DNA of 12,899 bases from NCBI GenBank assembly GCA_040752695.1, contig JBFMGO010000140.1, forward strand, positions 1 through 12,899, in the 5' to 3' direction. The number at the start of each line of letters is the position of its first letter. Positions within the stretch are counted from its first letter, which is position 1. Shown here piece after piece: positions 8,130-12,899 of the stretch. The position numbers and the translations under genes were made by a program. The notes below the pieces were generated by a model. That model was not told the DNA's origin, did not search any database, and saw only the letters and a list, made by a program, of their open reading frames with translations. This DNA is from a bacterium. Lineage in GTDB: Bacteria; SZUA-182; DTGQ01.

Positions 8130-8154
8130 GGGGTGGATCATTTTGATCCACCCC
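8130..8154 (+). terminator. Stem-loop between lanA and lanM
   Basis: GGGGTGGATCA-TTT-TGATCCACCCC: 11-bp perfect stem with no U tract, so more likely a stabiliser or attenuator than a true terminator. Confidence 0.65.
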
Positions 8155-8310
8155 ATAAAGGGGTAAATACTAGGTCCTGCCTTGCTCTTTTGCCTGCAGG
8201 AGCAGCGGGAGGGCCCACGGTGTCCTTATCCGGTCCTCAGCGGCTCACACCATGTATGGGTAATATCAACAAGTATAAATACACCTCACCTGCATATAAG
8301 GGATTGATAT

Positions 8311-11300
8311 ATGGATAGTATAAGCAAGAGATCTTTTCAGGCTCCTGAGTGGTACCAGGCTTTCACCTTAAAGGAACGTAGAGCTTCACTGGTTGCTGCT
8401 CAGCATACAGAGCCCAAGGTTAAAATAGATGCTGATCTGGCAGAGCGAAAAATGCGTCGCTGGCGGTCACAACCGCCATTTACGACAGGTTCCTTCTTTA
8501 CCCGGCGATTGGAAATGGAAACTCTTACCGAGGACGAATTCCTCCATTTTCTCGGCGAGCCCATCGAAGCTGTCCGCGACCGTTTTCCGGCCATCCCGGG
8601 ATGGCTTGCTAAGTTGACTCAGGCATTTTCCCACCCACCGACATCAGAGCCGCTGCCACTTCCGGAGGAACTCCGGAAGCAGCCTGAAGCAGGGTTCCTG
8701 GCTGCAATAGCGCCGCTCATCCACCAGGGCCGTGACTTCCTACGTCAGGGCATACAAAGCATCTCCCAGACACGATACGATCTGCCCTTCGATCCCGGCA
8801 CAATCGAAGATATCCTCTTGGCAAATCTACCGTATCAATTGATCATGATGATAAGCCGTACTATGGTTCTGGAATTAAATATAGCCCGTCTCCAAGGGCT
8901 TTTACCTGGAGATACTGCTGAGGAACGCTTTTGCAGTTTCCTGGAGCGGATATGCCAGCCCGACCTTGTGCTCGCCATCTTCCATGAGTATCCTGTCCTG
9001 GCGCGTCAACTTGTTGAACATATCGATATTTGGGCCAATCTTAGCCTCGAATTTCTCCGTCACCTGTGCTCCGATTGGGATGAGATCAGGACCACCTTCA
9101 GCCCAGGGAGTGATCCGGGTGTGCTTATACAGGTTAAGGGTCATGCGGGCGACAGTCATCGGGGCGGGCGATCGGTATTAATAACCACATTCAGATCCGG
9201 CCTTAAGATAGTCTATAGACCGAAATCGCTGGCTGTGGACGTGCACTTTCAGGAGCTATTAGCCTGGCTCAATGAGCATGGTGATCATCCGCCATTCCGG
9301 GCGATCAAAATCCTCAATTGTGGTCTCTATGGCTGGGTCGAATTCGTGGCTGCCGAAAGCTGCACCTCTCAAGAAGAGATCAAGCGTTTCTATATACGTC
9401 AGGGTAGTTATCTGGCGCTGCTCTATGCACTGAAGGCAACCGATTTTCACTTTGAGAACCTCATAGCTGCGGGAGAGCATCCTGTTTTGGTCGATCTGGA
9501 GACGCTCTTTCATTCATCTATCCATAAAATTGATCCAAGACAATCGAATCAACTTGCTGGCAATACACTCTATCACTCCGTTTTGAGCATTGGCTTGCTG
9601 CCTCAGCGTACCTGGGCTAATGAAGAATCTGAAGGTATTGATTTAAGCGGTCTGGGTGGTACAGGCGGCCAGATCACGCCCTTTGGTGTCCCGCAATGGG
9701 AAAACGCGGGTAAAGATGAAATGCGGCTGATCCGAAAGCGGATACCTCTCTCAGGGCAGCAGAATCGACCGACCTTGAATGGTACCGAGGTCTGTGTTCA
9801 AGATTATACAGAGGAAATCATAGCTGGATTCACCAATATGTATCATTTGCTGCTGAGGCACTATCAGGAACTCTTATCGGATAACGGTCCCTTGACCCAC
9901 TTTGCAGAGGACGAAGTGCGTGTCATTCTTCGCTCCACACAGACCTATTATAGGTTACTTTATGCAAGTTTTCACCCCGATGTCCTGAGAAATGCTCTGG
10001 ACCGTGACCGCCTGTTTGACCGGCTCTGGGTCAGCGTCGAGCAGATTCCCAATTTAGCTAGAGTGATTCGGGCAGAGTGTGAAGACCTGCGGAAAGGCGA
10101 TATTCCATTCTTCAGTACACGGCCTGGTTCGTGTGACCTGTGGAGCAGCGCAGGTGAACGCATCGCTGACTTCTTTGACGAACCAGGTCTGAGCCTGGCC
10201 CGACGCAGGCTGCAAGGACTGAGTGAGGACAATCTTAGCCAGCAGCTCTGGTTTATCCGTGCCTCATTGGCTACGCTATCCATATCTACAATATCCATGA
10301 ATGCGAGTCGCGTACAGCGGCCCAATTATCATCCCACTGAATCGCAGTCTCCGGCAGACCGCGATCGGCTCCTGACTGCAGCCCAAGCCATTGGCGATCA
10401 GCTGGAGAGGCTGGCTCTTCGTGGCGAGCATGACGTTTCCTGGATTGGCTTGACGATAAGCAAGGACCGGTATTGGGCCCTCCTGCCTGCAGGAGTAGAC
10501 CTTTATGATGGCCTGGCGGGAATTGCTTTCTTCCTGGCGTATTTGGGGAAGATCACCCGGCAGGCCCGGTATACGGAACTTGCCCAGGTCACTCTGGCGA
10601 CCTTACGAAACCAGGTGACGAACAATCAGTCATTCATCACCTCAATTGGTGGCTATAGTGGCTGGGGCGGGATCATCTACACCCTCACTCATCTGGGTTC
10701 ACTCTGGGATCAGCCCTCATTGCTCGATGAGGCTGAAGCCATAGTAAAATTGCTGCCGCCGCTCATCGAAAAGGACGAGAGCCTGGATGTAATCGCTGGT
10801 GCGGCTGGATGCATTGCCAGCTTAGCCTGCCTGCTTCGCTGCAGGCCATCCCCAGATACGCTGGCAGCAGCTATCCAGTGTGGTGAGCGGCTCCTGGCCT
10901 GTGCCCAATCCATGGAGCAGGGCAGGGCCTGGACCATCACTATGTGGACAAAACCGCTGGCTGGATTCTCGCATGGCGCTGGTGGCATAGCCTGGGCACT
11001 GCTGGAGTTAGCCTCGCTGACGGGTGAGAAGCGCTTCAGGGCAATGGCGCTTGAGGCTATTGCTTACGAACGCAGCCTCTTTGACCCCAAGGAAGGGAAT
11101 TGGCAAGACGTGCGCGAGATGGAAATAGCAAACCAGGCAGCGAATGGCCATCAAGCCAGCTTTATGTCCGCCTGGTGCCACGGTGCGCCCGGCATAGGCA
11201 TGGCTCGCCTGAGTTCTCTCAAGTACATGGATGATCCTGCGATCCGTGAGGAAATCGATATAGCCCTTAAGACCACTCTGTCAAAAGGATTTGGCTTTAA

Positions 11301-11583
11301 TCACTCGTTGTGTCACGGCGATTTAGGCAATCTTGAATTGCTGCTGCTGGCCAATGAAACTCTGGAAGATGGCGAACAGTGGCGCGACCAGGCATACCGC
11401 ATCGCTGCCATTATCCTTGAGAGCATTAACCGGGATGGATGGATTTGCGGGGTCCCCTTAAGGGTTGAAGTGCCCGGGCTTATGACTGGCATAGCGGGCA
11501 TTGGCTACGAACTGCTGCGCCTGGCAGAGCCAGCCCGCGTACCGTCAGTGCTCGTGCTTGCACCGCCGCTTAAACGTTCATGA
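8311..11583 (+). CDS. lanM: Class II lanthipeptide synthetase LanM
   Basis: Dehydratase (DUF4135-type) motifs EYPVLAR, GDSHRGG, KIVYRPK, DFHFENLIA, VDLETLF and RVILRST. LanC cyclase motifs LYDGLAG, GFSHGAGG, WCHGAPG and LCHGDLG. Length 1090 aa. Confidence 0.98.
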   Translation: MDSISKRSFQAPEWYQAFTLKERRASLVAAQHTEPKVKIDADLAERKMRRWRSQPPFTTGSFFTRRLEMETLTEDEFLHFLGEPIEAVRDRFPAIPGWLAKLTQAFSHPPTSEPLPLPEELRKQPEAGFLAAIAPLIHQGRDFLRQGIQSISQTRYDLPFDPGTIEDILLANLPYQLIMMISRTMVLELNIARLQGLLPGDTAEERFCSFLERICQPDLVLAIFHEYPVLARQLVEHIDIWANLSLEFLRHLCSDWDEIRTTFSPGSDPGVLIQVKGHAGDSHRGGRSVLITTFRSGLKIVYRPKSLAVDVHFQELLAWLNEHGDHPPFRAIKILNCGLYGWVEFVAAESCTSQEEIKRFYIRQGSYLALLYALKATDFHFENLIAAGEHPVLVDLETLFHSSIHKIDPRQSNQLAGNTLYHSVLSIGLLPQRTWANEESEGIDLSGLGGTGGQITPFGVPQWENAGKDEMRLIRKRIPLSGQQNRPTLNGTEVCVQDYTEEIIAGFTNMYHLLLRHYQELLSDNGPLTHFAEDEVRVILRSTQTYYRLLYASFHPDVLRNALDRDRLFDRLWVSVEQIPNLARVIRAECEDLRKGDIPFFSTRPGSCDLWSSAGERIADFFDEPGLSLARRRLQGLSEDNLSQQLWFIRASLATLSISTISMNASRVQRPNYHPTESQSPADRDRLLTAAQAIGDQLERLALRGEHDVSWIGLTISKDRYWALLPAGVDLYDGLAGIAFFLAYLGKITRQARYTELAQVTLATLRNQVTNNQSFITSIGGYSGWGGIIYTLTHLGSLWDQPSLLDEAEAIVKLLPPLIEKDESLDVIAGAAGCIASLACLLRCRPSPDTLAAAIQCGERLLACAQSMEQGRAWTITMWTKPLAGFSHGAGGIAWALLELASLTGEKRFRAMALEAIAYERSLFDPKEGNWQDVREMEIANQAANGHQASFMSAWCHGAPGIGMARLSSLKYMDDPAIREEIDIALKTTLSKGFGFNHSLCHGDLGNLELLLLANETLEDGEQWRDQAYRIAAIILESINRDGWICGVPLRVEVPGLMTGIAGIGYELLRLAEPARVPSVLVLAPPLKRS

Positions 11584-11710
11584 AGAAGTTTTTTCACCCC
11601 CGAGGATGAAAATGTATTCTAGCTAACCCTATGATTTGATAAACTATGAATATGAGGTACAAGGTCAAAAGGAGGTCGATGGTGTTTATGGTGGCTGAAA
11701 CAAATTCTTC

Positions 11711-11748
11711 TAACCACAACGCAAAAATGTAACCACAACGCAAAAATG
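11711..11748 (+). repeat. Perfect 19-bp tandem duplication
   Basis: TAACCACAACGCAAAAATG occurs twice, at 11711-11729 and 11730-11748. Confidence 0.92.
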
Positions 11749-11892
11749 AACGTTCGTTTTTATTGCCCTTCTAAATAGATGAAACCGATTGACTAACTTC
11801 TAACTACAGTGAAAAAATAATTCTTTTTTGACCTATACTTTTGCACTTTTTAGCAACTGATTGGTGTACCTATAGTTTCGTAATGTCTACCC

Positions 11893-11963
11893 GTCATTTT
11901 CGCGAAGGCTTAGAATCCAGGTTTTTCAAGAGCTTCTGGATTCTAAGCCTTCGCCGGAATGAC
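11893..11963. repeat. REP-like long inverted repeat of the GTCATT...GAATCCAG / CTGGATTC...AATGAC type
   Basis: 28-bp arms at 11893-11920 and 11936-11963, 25 of 28 positions complementary, with a 15-nt spacer. Confidence 0.8.
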
Positions 11964-12005
11964 AAAAAGTGCAAAACTATAGTTTTGACGTTTTTTCAAT
12001 CACCT

Positions 12006-12188
12006 TTATTTGTTATCATTTCTCCTCTCCTCAGCACACCTGCTGCATGGATTATCCTCAACCTACCAGCACGGATGCCCTTGGCGGCAATCGCTGTCTG
12101 TGCAGCCGCAAACGCGGCAGCGGCGCAATTTTGCCCGCAGGGCCTGCATGCGGGCTATATCTTCGTTGCTGATCAACGGATTATTCAT
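12006..12188 (-). pseudogene. Phage-like small Cys-motif (Zn-finger-like) protein gene interrupted by an in-frame TAG
   Basis: Manual translation gives MNNPLISNEDIARMQALRAKLRRCRVCGCTDSDCRQGHPCW*VEDNPCSRCAEERRNDNK, with a GAGGAGG RBS upstream. The TAG at 12063-12065 falls where WW is expected. Not in the ORF track. Confidence 0.65.
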
Positions 12189-12652
12189 TTTGACCTGCCT
12201 CCTCAATAAAAAGTGTGCGGTTTGGTGTGCGGTTTTTTCCCTGATCGATCATATTACAGCTGATTAGATCAGGTTAAACTCTGCTAAAAGTGCCATTATT
12301 ATCAATAAGTTATTATTATGGACAGCTCAAATGATTCCCGTGATCAATGCCCTTGTAACCGATGCCCTTGGTTTTGGGTCTTTCGGGCGTGCTGCTTCAG
12401 GTTTTGAAGGTACCGGGCTTGTAACTCTCAAGCCCTGATTCTCTGATAAATGAGAGTGTCGCATAGAGGTTACACCAAAAGGAATGAAGAGTCCCTGCCA
12501 ATCCCGTTTTTTCCCGAAAAAATGAGAAGAGTTGATTGCAAGCTGATTTTATGATATCATAGCAGTTTTTAGCGAATAATTACAACTTCTTCTCTTCACA
12601 GGGAGAAAAAAATCGGCCAACAAAGAACCTGTCACAATATGGAATTCTCTCT

Positions 12653-12899
12653 GGTAGTGATAAACAAGTAATGCTGGAGGATTTTTCCGGATAGAGTGAG
12701 GAAAGTAGACGACAATTCATTAGAGTTACTTCTAAGCGATAAAACTTCTGAAAAGGAGCCAATAATGAATTTTCCTTCCTGTGGATCTGTAAACATAAAG
12801 AAGAATGGTCATATTCATAATGGGAAACAGAATTATCAATGCAGAGATTGTGGCAGAGAATCTGTAGCAGATAAGCAGAAAAAAGACATCACTCAGGCA
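12653..12899 (+). mobile_element. IS1-family element, left end (runs off the window)
   Basis: GGTAGTGATAAACAAG at 12653 resembles IS1-family GGT-starting termini and is followed by an InsA-like ORF. Confidence 0.7.
12765..12899 (+). CDS. insA: IS1-family transposase N-terminal zinc-ribbon (partial, probably degenerate)
   Basis: RBS AAGGAG at 12753-12758. Translation MNFPSCGSVNIKKNGHIHNGKQNYQCRDCGRESV... matches CPxCxS-x3-KNG-x4-GKQxYxCxxCGR, except that the first Cys is Phe. Confidence 0.8.
   Translation, partial: MNFPSCGSVNIKKNGHIHNGKQNYQCRDCGRESVADKQKKDITQA

Noticed and set aside
8085..8318. 77-aa ORF between lanA and lanM as a third precursor or immunity gene
   Set aside because: No RBS, no leader motif, and it spans the hairpin. 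Probably an intergenic chance ORF.
2262..11501. Numerous short antisense or alternate-frame ORFs inside lanT, the rSAM genes and lanM
   Set aside because: They are shadow ORFs overlapping well-supported genes and have no motifs.
11591..11612. TTTTCA...TGAAAA dyad right after lanM as a terminator
   Set aside because: Weak, imperfect stem with no downstream U tract.
11711..11963. Repeats as a CRISPR array
   Set aside because: Only a spacer-less tandem pair and one inverted repeat; no cas genes.
11841..12267. Three overlapping + strand ORFs (122, 67 and 85 aa)
   Set aside because: They have no RBS or motifs, run through the REP-like repeat and lie antisense to the better-supported minus-strand pseudogene.

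Overview
The window holds a complete-looking hybrid RiPP (ribosomal peptide natural product) cluster on the + strand (~1560-11583), between decayed mobile-element DNA. Order: candidate sigma-54 promoter, small HlyD-N-terminus-like membrane peptide, C39-peptidase ABC exporter (LanT/PCAT), Cys-rich double-glycine precursor 1, radical SAM/SPASM maturase, translationally coupled pseudo-radical-SAM partner, mersacidin/lichenicidin-type precursor 2 (LanA), and class II lanthipeptide synthetase LanM. Precursor 1 with the two rSAM-type genes resembles the 'GG-Bacteroidales' TIGR04149/04148/04150 cassette. Here it is nested inside a lanT-lanA-lanM locus. The two otherwise unrelated precursors share the junction EL-x3-[DE]L-x-IV-x-GA|RP, which suggests a shared exporter and possibly cross-modification or a two-component product. 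Each precursor is followed by a strong hairpin, and a perfect 40-bp palindrome precedes lanA. The flanks hold an IS1182-like remnant (left) and a REP-like inverted repeat, a phage-like Cys-motif pseudogene and the start of an IS1-family element (right). All family assignments come from motif recognition, not database searches.
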